From Klebsormidium nitens (lineage: Eukaryota > Plantae > Klebsormidiophyceae): a stretch of 64,000 nt of DNA. The stretch is taken from the NCBI GenBank assembly GCA_000708835.1, contig DF237277.1:1-64000 (forward strand), in the 5' to 3' direction. Of the stretch, positions 34,801 through 47,500 are shown one piece after another. Below the pieces are notes generated by a model. The model was not told the DNA's origin, did not search any database, and worked only from the letters and a program-made list of their open reading frames with translations. Numbering within the stretch: the first letter of the stretch is position 1; each line of letters opens with the position of its first letter. The translations under genes were made by a program, and so were the position numbers.

Positions 34801-36211
34801 TGTACGCCCAGTTGAAGCGCTCGAAGGCCTCAGCAGGGATGCTGTAACAAAAGATCAGAGTCGCAGGTTGGTCACGAGAGCAAGATCAGGGAAGGGGTAT
34901 GCTTAAGCTGCAAATATCGTCTGCTGGCAAGGACCTAGGGCGGCTCAGATACGGGGCCACTGTATTCCAAAGCAGATACTAAGTAGGTAATCAGCAGCCT
35001 CATTAGCTCGTCGGAAACTTAATTGAACTCTCAGGGGGTATTCAAAAGGCAGTCCTACAAGACAGACTGACAGTACAATCACATCAAGAGTCAAGAGCCT
35101 GATCTTCTATAAGGAGTCTACAACAGCACTCTTCGGAAGCAGGAGTGACTCCAGAGTCAAACTGCAACATCAAGACTGAATCAGGTTCAAGGGGACTTTC
35201 AGCGCTTCTGGATAAGAACAGTATCCAGCCCGGCTTCCAGAACTGACGGCAGGGCTTGGATGCGTTCCAAGACTGACTCTGCCCGGGGGTCTGCGGGCGG
35301 CTGCTGAGGGCCCCTCTTACTGACCTGCCCCACTGGACGGACTTGAACCCGTCTGCGTTGAAGTACCACCCCTCATCGAGACCCTGCTCCGCCGGCTTGG
35401 TTTGCAGATGCATCCCCCTCACATATGCGTCGCGAGGCCCCATTTGACAATGCTGCGACTCCCCCTGCTGCGGACGTGCCGAGCTGGCTCGATACAGAAA
35501 CGGGGGGTCCATTTGTGCCCTCTCCGGGCTGCGCTCTGACTTAGTAGCACCCCCCCCAGCAGTTGACGATTGTGAGCACCCTGCTTGCGGGTCTGACTGG
35601 CTGGCTGTTTCTAAGTGGGCAAAGGGGGGTTTTTTACTTGGCGAAGCGCTTTCTGAGGTGCGCCCCGAGAAAGCCGCCTGGGCTGAGAGCGCCCTCCGTT
35701 CAACATCGGCAGAGTCGTTGGCCAGATCAGCTGCGACGTTAGCGGTCCTCAACAATGAGCGCGATGCATTGAGCTGGCTGTGGTGCGCGCTTGCTCCGGG
35801 GGTCGCTCGAGTAGAATAGGCGGCAGCTTGTCCATTCGTGAACCCCGAGAAGCTGGCAAGGTTCAGCGGTGCTCGAGAGAGGGGAGCGATGAGCAGTGGC
35901 CGGCTCGACAGGGAAACGTCATCACTTGGCCAAGGTCTTGGACAAGCGGGGCCAGGTTTTGAATGGGTTAACTGGGGCGTTCGTTGGGGACTGATTGGAA
36001 AGGATGCTTGGTTTGACAAGGGCAAAGATTGCCAGGGGCTTGGCTTCGCCTGCGAGCCCTGATATGACCCAGGCAGGAGGCGGGGCTTCTTGCGACCGGT
36101 GACATTTATGGTCGACCTGCAGGATGCACAGCGCTTGATGAGAAGGTGGTTGAAAGCTGATAAGCCATCAGCAGCAGTTGGTCTATGTCGCAGCTTCTCT
36201 GTTTGGAACAT
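28823..36211 (-). CDS. Very large PPR protein with C-terminal Smr domain (PPR-SMR); exons ~36211-35325, 34841-32153, 31621-28823; ~2100 aa; 5' end uncertain
   Basis: P-type PPR motifs: TFVCNALLEAY, DVFSYNLAIRAC, DRVSYNLTIAAC, NVYTYTAAIDAW, TVATYGALVNGF, NAGVVNALLAGC, DVVLINIVLDTC. Smr: WALDVRRLGKGAGQAVLFLWL...IVTG...PF...NPGRF. The splice joins (phase 2, then phase 0) keep the frame. Confidence 0.85.
32095..32152. repeat. Perfect 29-nt duplication of the first 29 nt of a PPR-SMR intron, including the GTGAGT donor
   Basis: caaccgaagacgactatgatccaactcac at 32095-32123 and 32124-32152. On the minus strand each copy starts GTGAGT. Confidence 0.9.
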
Positions 36212-37611
36212 ACTTTTTCGTTCCAAGATCAAGCTGGAGAACACTTCTGCAGCTTGCCAGCACAAGGGTCGACTGCTCTTGACGTGTACAACTTACCACC
36301 ATATTGACCTTCATTTAGACAACGTTGCTGGTGCCCTGCCGGAGCTCCTACGCCTCTAGATCAGGCCACAAGCAATGAATGCTGCCAACCTATTTTCATT
36401 CTGATCATTCATAAAGCAAACAGGCAATGCAAACGGGTGTTGGAACACCATCCTCACCCGCCCGGATCCCTGTAACAAGATCCGTAGTACTGAGCGTTGC
36501 GGTATCTGCCCGAGGCGCCCGGAATCCTGCCGTCGCAAAAGAAGGTGCCACCATTCATGCAGCAACGCTGAGTCAGGGCGGCCAGCAGGGGAACGTCCTC
36601 CGTCGCTGCAAGGCTCCTCTGCCAATACCAGCTTGTGAGATACCCCTGCACCCCCACCAGGCTGCTGGCCCCGAGGGCGATCCGCGCCCTCAGCTGAGAA
36701 AAGGCCTTTGGCGCCATCAGCACTCTTTCTTAGCGAGCCCGGTCGCTTGGACGAGCAGCATGGTCACCACGTTGCCATGAAACGCTGAGAGCTGGCATCC
36801 TACTCGCCTGGCACCGGTGCTAGTGGCATAATGATGATACCCGCAGGCTCTCTAGCTGCTCCGTGCCTTTCCTTTTCCCCCTGCAGGCTGCTGGCAGTGC
36901 ACGCAAGCTGCAAAGCGGCACGTCGACAACTCTCTTCTCTGCATCTGCAGACTGCAAGTTCAACACAGGCCGTGGGCTGCTGGATTCCGGTCCAGTTTCC
37001 GAATCCGGCCAGGTCCGATCGCCGGACGGGCGACGGAACTGCACGCCAGCCTGAGGCAAGTGACATCGTCGATATCATTCTAGTTCGATCACATTTGCGG
37101 GGGATCACGCTTAGGAACGGACAATTCTTCCTCATGCAGGTGATCTGATTGGCAATTGCCCACTTCGTTGCCCAGTTTGTTGTTGTCGACAGCGTCTGGG
37201 AAAGGGCTTCTACAGTAGGTACTTCAATCTGGCGTACTTTGGTCAGATAAGTGGAGCTGGCACTAGCACTTTTGAAAGCAGCACGTATTATATAAAGTAC
37301 TCTCAAATTCCAAGTGCTCTCTCCTGAACTGTCGGTGAAGGCGGAATCGCTTTCAGCATCTCACTTGCCCTCATCAGCGGTCGATTGCTCCTCTTGTAAT
37401 CAGGCTCTTGTTCCACTGCGATAATTAGGACTCTCTGTGACGGCTACGCTCGGACATATATCCACATAAGGCCTTCTGCCTGGTCGTGAGGGTGCCCTTC
37501 TGCCTTTGCGCCTCTCAATGAGAGGCATATTACAAGGCTGATGTTTAGTGGTACTGCAGAATCTAAAGTTCTGCAATGAAGTCTTCTCTGAATTCCTCCT
37601 CTACATCCACA

Positions 37612-40424
37612 ATGCTGCGTCCCATTGGTCAGATTGCCGCCCCGCTAGCACAGCAATATGGAACAAGCATCACGCAGCGGGCAACTGGCCTGCAGAGAAC
37701 AGCTACTGCAATCTGGAGGAGCCTTCAGGGCGGAATACAACCTGTGCAATATGCGAATGGTGCACGTTGTATCAAAATCAAAGTTGGTCACAGTGGTAAA
37801 ACCTTTGGCCTGGGCAGACAACAGGACTGTGTTGCCAAGCAGCCAAAACTTCGCACATTCAGTCAAGCCTCTGCAGTTACCAACGAATCTGTTGTTTCTC
37901 AGAGAGATGACGATGCCGGCCAGGTGAGATTCTTGAGCGGCCCCTACTGCCATTGGGCGCGCATCGGCCATGCATGCTTGATTATTTGAGAATAGCTGTC
38001 CAAAGAAAATAGTCTGGGGCAGAGATCTTTAATGCAGCCTGATGCATCACACTTCTTCAGTCCTGGGCAACATCAGATGCACTTTTGAGTGGCAGGTGTG
38101 GCACATATTGATATCCATTACGTTGACCGCACCCTGATGCATCACACTTCTTCAGTCCTGGGCAACATCAGATGCACTTTTGAGTGGCAGGCGTGGCACA
38201 TATTGATATCCATTACGTTGACCGCACAGGTGAGCGGAGTCCAAACAACCTTGGCGGTGTCAATTACGCGACGCGGTGTCGGTCTCCACTCTGGTGTAGA
38301 GTCTATCGTTACCTTGTTACCAGCTCCAGCAGGAACTGGAAGGAGCTTCATTGTTGAAGGCTCCAATCAGTCGTCACAGGAGGTAAGCCTGAACCTTCTT
38401 ATGCTTGAAGAGTTCCCACCTGCTTGTTTCAGACTCGACTTCCAGCCCTTTTTTCTAGAAGTACTGGTTGAGATTTCTGAAAACATGAAGGTCAAGCCAA
38501 ATGAGATGTTACTTGGATCAAAGCTGGACTTATCTCAAGTTGGACTCATCTCATTACCATGAGAAAAAGTAAGGATTCTCGTTTGTGATTTGTAGTCCAT
38601 CGCTTGCTTGTAAAAGCGGGTCAAGGTCTGTTCAGGAGAGTCCTTACAAAAGGACTTGTCGCAGGCTCTGCCTCACGTCGGTACACGGAAACTTAATCAT
38701 GAAGTTGCATTGTTGCATCTCAAAGAGCATCAGAGAAAACTTATCACTGAACCAATTGCAGATACCTGCACACGTTGATTACGTCTCTGACACACGCTTG
38801 AGCACCGCAGTACGAGCAGGAGACTGCACGGTCCAGACAGTCGAACACCTTCTATCAGCGCTGCAAGGTCTTGGCGTGCACAATGTCAGAGTTCAAATGA
38901 CCGGGGGTAATGAGGTGAGGCACGGTTCCTATGGTCATTGGTGGCCCGTAGAGCTGAGGAAATTTCAATATTTCATTGTCTCTAGTGCGCTTATACATAC
39001 GATCCATGTCTTTTCCTGATCTGGCGCGAAAAGAGGAGAAGCAACTTGACGAATGCATCTGCTCTAACATGGATGCCGGTGCTTACGGATGCTTCCATTA
39101 GGCCTCACGAATATGTCCAATTCGTCCCCTTCTGTATCCCAACCTTCGCTGCGTGTAAATCCAGGTCAACAAAGTCACCCTTTCTTGGCATGGACTGTCT
39201 GGAACGCGGTGCAGAAGTTGCGCTGGAAACCTTGTAGAAGCCGGGGCCCTGCAGCTTCTCACCGCGAGCTCTAAAGAGGCATCAGTTCATCAAGGAAGTC
39301 CAACAAATTGCCTTCAATCTGCTCTGTCGATAGATTCCCCTTCTGGACGGTTCTGCTTCGGGCTGGGTGGCCGCCTGCAAAGAGGCGGGGATCGTGCCAG
39401 CTGTGGACGGGAACGGAAAGCACGTCGAACGGCGCTCCAGGACACTGAAAGAGGTGGTCACGGTCCGTGAGGGCGACGCCTGGGTGGCCGGCTTTCCATC
39501 TGCTAGGCCGATGCTCACCTACGGTATCCACTTTCCTCAGGTACGTTTCTCCAAGCCTTGTGCTTCACCTTGAACTCGAGTCGCTCGACATGATCGTTCG
39601 AAGCAGACCTTGCCGGGTCCAACACGCGAATGACCCAGAATAGAGTGAACGCTTGCTGTCAAGACTTGCCTGATTTCTGTTCTTGGGTATGTAAAAACGT
39701 GGACGAACGCTCCGTTTGCTAGAAGGATGAGGAGCCAACCGGTTATTTTGAAGTGCAGACCTCAAATGACTGCTCTCTAAAGTTGACTTCTTAGAGGACT
39801 GTGCCGAAAAACTTACACACGAGCCTGATAGACGGGTGCGACAATTCGGGTGCTTTGTAACGAGCTTCCGACGGTGCTGGTTATCCTCCAAGAACAGCCG
39901 TGAAGGGTCTTATTTATACATTTGGTCCTCGCTTTGTCTTGGCTCCCGGGCAGTTGTGCTTCGACGCCTGGTTCGATAGTGCAACTTCTGGAGACGCAAA
40001 TGCACGCTCCTTGCTTTCTTTTTCGCCACGCTTGCCTTTTGCCCTTCTTCAGGTCCCTGCCATCGGTGGACCTCACTGGTATACTTACACACCGGAAGAG
40101 GGACCAGGAACAAGCTTCGAGAACGACGTTGCCCCAGCCCGTACTTTTGGAGTGTTCGAGCAGTTTGAACAGCTGCGTGTCGCGGGGTTGATCAAGGGCG
40201 GCTCGCTCGAAAATGCGCTGGTGTGCAGCATCTCGAAGGGCTGGTTGAATCCTCCGTTGAGGTTCCCAAACGAGCCATGTCGACACAAACTCCTCGATCT
40301 GATTGGGGACCTCGCTCTTGCAGAAGTAGACGGATCAGGTTTTCCTAATGCTCATGTAGTTGCATACAAGGCCAGCCACACCCTCCATGTGAAGTTTGCC
40401 AAGGCCTTACTTCAAAAAATGTAA
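37612..40424 (+). CDS. lpxC: UDP-3-O-acyl-N-acetylglucosamine deacetylase LpxC with organellar (probably mitochondrial) transit peptide; exons 37612-37923, 38230-38382, 38762-38914, 39334-39540, 40053-40424
   Basis: GVGLHSG, TVEHLLSAL, IPLLDGSA, APARTF, LIKGGSLENA, RFPNEPCRHKLLDLIGDL and YKASH motifs; the Zn ligands and the catalytic His are present. All joins are phase 0. Confidence 0.95.
38038..38227. repeat. 95-nt direct duplication (1 mismatch) ending 2 nt before the LpxC exon 2 acceptor
   Basis: cctgatgcatcacacttc...gttgaccgcac at 38038-38132 and 38133-38227; the only difference is ggtgtgg versus ggcgtgg. Confidence 0.9.
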
Positions 40425-41519
40425 GAGATTATATATTAGCTTGACAAGAAGGCACAAATCTAGGTTGAGACGGGCATATGCGTCTGCAATTTTTGAAGTA
40501 GTAAGCTCATTTTAGAGAAGTAGAAGTGAGGTGCCATCGCAAGATATTGCTGCATGCCCGCTGCATGCTCTTTCAGGCGCTGCAGCGCTGCATGTGCTTT
40601 AGGAAACACAATTGCAAGCTCGAAGTAGCCGGGTTCAAGCTGTCGGCCCTGAATCGGGGCAGAGTTTACCTCAATCTTCGCATGTATATCCTCAACCTCC
40701 AGTATGTCAGTAGCTAACTTAAGGTCAGTAGGTGGCAGCTTGCCAATTGGCAAGCAGGCGCACGCAGCTGGGAATTAGGCAACTCAAGTCGAAGCCTTTC
40801 TCAGTAGTGCTGCCATAGCTGCTACAAATCTTAACAATGGCGGCTTCGAGGATGGAAATGCTGCAGTTGGCCGGAAATTTGCGCAGCTTAGCAGTTAGCG
40901 CGACTGACATCAGCGCTTCTTGCTGACGCTGACAGGATCAACTGTGCGAGCACCCGCCTCGCCACGGTGTCGTCCACGTGCTAGTTTAAAGGACGCTTGT
41001 TGGATGATCGAACCACGTGATTACGGAAGGCGTGATGCATGTAAATCCAGGCTAACCATATGCTATGTTGCATTGTTTCTCGTATATGGATCTGGATCTG
41101 CCCAAAAACCTCAGGTACGTCGTCCAGATGGGAAATTATCCACATCGGACGGTTAGAACTTTGCACGTGGCTTTGCAATCCGCAATGACCTTTCCACGTA
41201 TACTCCCGGAAGCTGTCGATCTGGAATTGCCAATTGATTGGCAGACCAGACTGCCCGAGGCACAGTAGGCCTACGTGGTGCCAGACGCCAGATTGGCACA
41301 AGGGTGGAACTGTGGAAGGGCGGTCGAAGATTCCAGTTCCCATCTTCTTGTATGTGCGTGGCGCCAATCCTATCTTGCTTTTAGCAGGAGCAATACTAAT
41401 CTTAGAGAGCCAGAAGGCATTGTATCATGTGTGTAGCAATTTGAAGGTGGGGCCCTTCCAAGAGGAAGACCAAAAGATTCTGCGGAGGCTGCTTGAGCTG
41501 GTTTGCTTGAGACCAAGAG

Positions 41520-44500
41520 ATGAAGGCCAAGAGGAAGCCTTCCGGAGTTAAGTCGGGGAATGCTGCAAATGGGAAAACAGGCCTGCAGAATGGGAACGAC
41601 ACCTCTCCAGGAGGGCCTTCTTTGCTTGCCCTTGATAAAAGAAAAAATGGTTCTGGAACTGAGGCTGGGGCTGGAGTTGACGGAAAGGTGGAGGAAGGTG
41701 AGTACGCAGCGTCCACATTCATTCCCGTTCTGGCCCATGGAATGTGCCCTGTCCTGGAGCCGCTTGCATTCATTTCAACTGAGCTCCTATGCCTCAAAAT
41801 GCAGCAAATGCAGGTCAATCATGAATGGATTAAACACCGCGCAACAGTCAACGACTGCCCCAAAAACTACTCCAGTGAAACAATTGTGCTCCAGAAACAT
41901 CGTCTTCGTAAAAGAATGCTTCATAACAATGCCAGGGGCGCTGCTTCTTCTTCTGGTGGCGACCTTCTGTTTACTCTTCCAGAAAGGCAGAAGGAATGTA
42001 CTTCACAGGGTTTTGTGACAGTCGTTCTTCTTTGAAAGCTCCTGCCAGGACCTCCTGTGTTTGAGAGTGTCCTCGCAGTTTGAGCATGTCCGCTTGAAAA
42101 ACTCTTTTGCATTGTGGTCTGCCTTGAAAATCTATTGCATTGCCTTCTGAGGAGTCTGACTTCGCCTCGTCATTGGGTCGAAATGACTTTGCATAGTCGC
42201 GAAGAACACATGTTGCGGAGGCTGCTGTCCAGTCAGATTACAAGGAATGTAGACTGCTGATTGCCACAAACTGTCCGGCAGCAATTTTCACCACTGCTGA
42301 AGGTTTCGTATACTTACTGTCCGTTAAGTTTAATTTCATTCCCTGAATATTACGGCCCCATCATTCACAGAAAAGAATGTGGCAAACCGTATTTTTCATT
42401 GATTTCCTAAACCATCCACCAGGCCAGCTTACATAGGGTGACTGCCGCAGCAGTTCCAAAAAGTTAAGATGACAGTTTAGAAGTGATTGCCACCGGTGGT
42501 GCTCCTACTTAAAAAACAAGGTCAGTGTTGGACATGGTCAAGAATGACCAACCGAGGCCTGCACTTCTAGGACACACCCAGCTACGCCAGCTAAGCTTTC
42601 TACACGTGACCAAGGGAATGTGTCCCTTTGAATATGGTGACATTGCTGACAACATCGCTCTCAATTCCTGCAGCACCAACAACATTGGCTAGCCTGCTTA
42701 AGGAGCTCGAAACACAGTCAATGCGACCGCACGATGCATTTGGAAACCCATTAGATGGTACAACAGCCTTGGAAAGCGCCAGAAAGCTCCACGACATTGT
42801 TTCCAAGGTAAGGGTTTCTTTTGGCAGCCTGCCCAGCATGCCCTACCAATCTATCGCAAACATCAAATTAGCTTGTGAGGCCCGAATTGCTCCCTCATAG
42901 TAGATTGAAACGTGCCTCCGGAGGATGCAGACTGATTAAGTTGAAAGTTGCTCCTTGCAGAACCAGACATCTCCTCCGTTTCATTGTTGATGCTTTGCAC
43001 TATTCAAGAGTTGAGCGCTGATTCATTGCATTTCAGTTGCTGTGCGACATTCGTGCGTGCTTCCCTTACCCACTTTGAAACTTTTGTGATACAGATCAGC
43101 GAAATAGAGAAGCAAGTGGTGCACCCAAAGGAAAAGCAGCGGACACCAGAGAAGCGGCTGCAAATACTGAAGCAATGGCTCGAGGACAAGGGCGTTACGG
43201 TAGGGGAGATGTGACTCCCTTCTTTGTCGTAAACGCAGTTTGTGTGATACGACCATCTTCCAACTTTTCAAGGAGCATTGGGCTTATATCATGCATTTAA
43301 ATAAAAGGCCGGAAATTCAGGTTATGAGAGCGACACATGACACAGTTCCGTTGTTTGTAGAAGTAGATAAGGAACACGGCAGTCTGCTGACAGGCTCCAA
43401 AACCTCAGGACTCAGTGTTCCTGTTTTCAAACCCAGCGTTCGACTTGTGAGATGACACTGCAACCAGATGTGCACTCCCTGGAGGGTTCATTCGCTGCCA
43501 AGGAACTCTCGCATCCGGGACAAAGAAGAACTGGACAGAAAAACCAGCAGTTCGAAGGGCCGTAATCAGACTCCTTAGCACCTTCATAATATGCCCTAAC
43601 TCCTCCTCTAACCTCCAGCTATCCCCACCGTGCCGCTTGGGGCAGCAATGGGGTGAAACTTATTATGTTCGTACACGTTGGCAAAGTAGATTAGAGACTT
43701 CTCCCCTGTCCCACTCAGTTGGACGGCGTCGAGTTCCGGAGTAATCTGCGGGAGGGCTGTGGGGTGGTCGCCACGAGAAACTTCCAGGAGGGCGAGCTCA
43801 TCTTCACGGTTCCGGAGGGCATCATGATGTCACAGCTGACGGCGGCCGCTGCCAAGAAGGACTGCGCGGTGCTCATCCAGGCAAGCGGCCTGGTGCAAGA
43901 GCTGGGGTCGCTGCAGCTGGCACTGCACCTGCTATTTGAGAAGGTGAGATGCTGAAACGTTCAATTTAAAAGGCCCTACAAGGTAGCGCTATTACAGGTT
44001 TTGAAGAACGGGGGGCAAGCAGGCTCGGCAAGTTGTTTGCAGGGCATCTGCTTAGTTCTGAAGAGCTAGCGTGCGCGGGGCCGCGGACCAAGCCAGAGTG
44101 GAAAACAGAAGAGTACTTCTAAGACTCAGAGTGTGGCTTCTGGAACTTCAGACGCCAGTGCAGAAAGGAAGGACCATGGGTGGACCGTCACCTGTATGAA
44201 GCAACTTCCTTGCTGGCGGCGATTGCAACCTTCCAGCATTGCTCTCCAATCGCGGGTGCTCGATGATTATACTCTCGGTTTTAGGGCAGCGAGCTTATAC
44301 TTCGAAGTTGTTTTGCAAGCCCCGGTGAATGTCCTGCACCTAGCTGGACTCTTTTCCACAAAGAAAACAAATGCTTCGGTGGAATGAGATCTTGCAGGTT
44401 TTGAATTGACAAATTGGATACGGATGTAAGTTATCAGTGTTGACGTCCGAACTTCTTTCTGTGCTCGCTGCAGCACCGGCCGTCGAGTGACCCCTCTCCC

Positions 44501-47500
44501 TGGAAGGGCTACATTGAGTCATTGCCCGGACTGGACGATGGTTACTTCTTGCCACTAGGTTACAGGTAGGCGTCGCATGATGCATCACCTCCTAGCAGTG
44601 GCATCATTTTCACATTGATTGGATGTTACTTAGGGAACTGAAAGGCAGGTGATCAGGGCAGCAATCACCTAATCCTGTAAAACCAGGGCCGGCATTCAAA
44701 ACCGGCTCAAGGATGATGACAGGAGCTCTGTTTGATTCTTTGTTAACGCACTAACCCGATCTTGTCAAGGAACTTAAAGCCGAGGAACTCGTCTAAGAGA
44801 GGCGCTTGCCTTTGCCTGGGAATCTAGGTTTGGTGCCCTGTCAAGCCATTGATCTGCAGGACTTTCTGTTCGAAGTACTGCTTGTCGAAGTCAAACGTTG
44901 TCGGGAAGGGACTCTCTGTTGTCTGTAAGATGCGAACGGGTCTCCTTCTCCGCGAAAATCCAATTCTCAAATATTGTGGCCTTCGCATGCAGCATTGAGA
45001 CCCTGGAAAAGCTGGACGGAACACAGGTGAGGAGCGCTGTTTCCGCTGTCCACTCCGTTCTGCAAGTGGTGCACCCCTTGGCACTTGGGATCGTCCGAGT
45101 CGTACTAAGCCCAAGTCTGGTTGATAGACTTACCAAGTAGCAGACTAACCGAAAGACATTTTAAGCGATCTCGGCTTACGTACTTGGTCACCGGACTTGC
45201 TGGGATTGTGCACTGGCTCTGTCCCGCTTTCCTGCTGGCTTCTAGCACGTGTTGAAAAGTAACTCAAAGCGTAGAACCATCGATTCAAAGTCTGAGAAGG
45301 TCAGAGCGGTTCGAAGCTTGAGGCATCCTTGGGATTGCTCGTAAACTTTGGAAAGTGACGGCTCATCACAGCTTCGAATGAAGATCTCTTTGTAGGTTTT
45401 GAGCAATAATATCGCTATAATCTGCAGGCCCTGTACGACATCTACCGCAATCTCCGCAACTTCGTACGGCAGTATGTCCAGTGTCGGAGCCTTCTTGCGA
45501 GCTTCGGACATTACTCGCCAGCCATCGCACGTGCCAACCAGTGGTTCTGCTACTCTGAGTGGCTCTGGGCGGTCTCGGTAAGCATCCCCCTCCTTCTGTC
45601 GGCTGACGGACTTAGCTTACCCGGGCCATTCATCCGAAGTTGTTGACGGTTTCCATGACTCTCTTGTTCTCCCTTCTCAAAGATTGTCTCTTCTGACACT
45701 GAGGAACAAGATGCCTGCTAACTGAATGCGAAAATCAGTTCGGATAAACGGGGTCGGCCTTGGTACAACGCTATTTAGCTACTGTCTTCTGCTGCTGATT
45801 CCATTGTCTGGGTGCCTGAGCTCACATGGTGCCACGTGTCTCCAGATCGTGTTGGTGCGGCAAAACAACCTGCCGCACGCGGTTCAGGGGGCCAGCAAAA
45901 TGTCCCACATCGTCGCGCTCATTCCTGCCATGGACTCCGTCAACCACGAGGTGAGATTCCTACTTACCCATCATTCCTACTTCTTTTTCTTCGTACGGGT
46001 CGTGTATCTTGTGTGCTTCTCTTATCTTGCCAATACTAAGATCCAATTCGGGATTGAGTCGTGGAAGCGGACCCAGCGACAGGAGCTGTGCTACTGTATT
46101 CTCAGTCTGTCTCTCTTCCGCGAATACAAGGAAAATCATATCCCTGAGTCGCACTTTCTAGATTGACTTGCCAGCCGACTTCGGGATTGGAACGAATTCG
46201 AAGACTCAGTGGGAGAGGAGCACCCTAAGCCAATCTTGTCCGCGTAATGGCATCTCAGCCCGCCGCAGAAGGAGTTTGTGACATAACATAACATCTCTCG
46301 CATCTGAAATACTTTCAAGAACAGAAGCGAAAGCGTTTCTTGAGGTTCGTTCATTTACAGCTCTTTCATTCCGTATGCCGTGCTTGTAATGAATCGTTGT
46401 TATCAGCATTCCGCACCTCAAGTTTGTTTATCTTGGCAGTATAATCGTATTCGGGGCGTTGCCCAGTTTCGCTCTCTGCCACAGAAACAAAGGTATCGCT
46501 AGACCGGTTGCAGACTCTGCCGTTGCGACTGTTGCAACGAGAAGAGCAAAAGTCGTGACCCAGTATTAACTCCAAGCACGCAGAGAACACCGTAGATCTA
46601 GATTGACTGCAATGAGCGTAAGGTCAGCTGAAGCTGGGCGATGGTTGTTTGCAGCCGGGCCCGATCACCGCCAACTTCGACTTCGGGCAGAAGCGGATGG
46701 AGCTGACGGCCAAGCGGGACTTCAAAGCGGGCGAGCAGGTAAGTAGATTGTGTAGACTTTGGCTCCTCACTTGTAACTTGAAGTCTGCCTCTTCGTTCAA
46801 TTGTTGCATTCACTTATCTCGTCTGATGAAACGCCTGGCTTAGTAAAGGTGGGCTGACGGTTCATCGTCGGTATACCTGTGGTGTCACCATCTTTCACTA
46901 GTCTCTTTTCAACCCACACTATCAAGGATGCATCGTAATATCGTTCTATCCGTTGGTGTAACATTCTATACTGTCCATATACCTCTTGCCTCAGCCTCTT
47001 TCACAGATTTCCTTCTCACTTCAAGTGCAGTATTGCCCGGCCAACAGTTCTCCGGTCGCCCTGATCAACAGCCTTGTCTTACGTTGCACCCCGCACGTTG
47101 ATGCAGATCTACTTCTCGTATGGGTTTCGCCCTGCCAGCCAACTCTTTTTGTACAACGGGTTCGTGCCAGCGGAGCTGTCCCCTGGGGACCGGATAAAGT
47201 AGGATTCCTTGCTCCGGCCTTGGGCCATCTCCTTGTGCAGTTGATGTTTCGACAGAATGGCTACCAGCTTGTTGCACTGTCTGTGCACGCGATGCATCGT
47301 TTGGTGCCTGCTTTTCTGTGTGGCATTGACGCCAGCGCTCGGGAGCAACCCTGGAAGCGACGGCTTCCGTTCTTTTTGTTGGGCAAGCTCGCCAGCAAGC
47401 TTCGTGGCGCGCAATTGCGGTCCATCTCTCTTGCTTCAGTCCACACTTTCTTGCTAGTCGCTACGAATGTCCCGGGAAGAAGTATTTGCTCAGCAAAATC

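Noticed and set aside
31887-34906. Long plus-strand Ser/Pro-rich ORFs (32568-33488, 33519-34523 and others), and likewise 28890-30407
   Set aside because: They are antisense shadows of the GC-rich E/G/A-rich PPR-SMR exons; no independent motifs or splice logic.
37612-40424. lpxC as a novel horizontal transfer
   Set aside because: Nuclear-encoded, intron-containing, organelle-targeted lipid A pathway genes are already established in plants and green algae.
40460-41367. Minus-strand ORFs between lpxC and the SETD3-like gene (40460-40753, 40725-40910, 40981-41367)
   Set aside because: Somewhat protein-like, but I found no recognisable motif and no phase-consistent exon chain; cannot support a gene.
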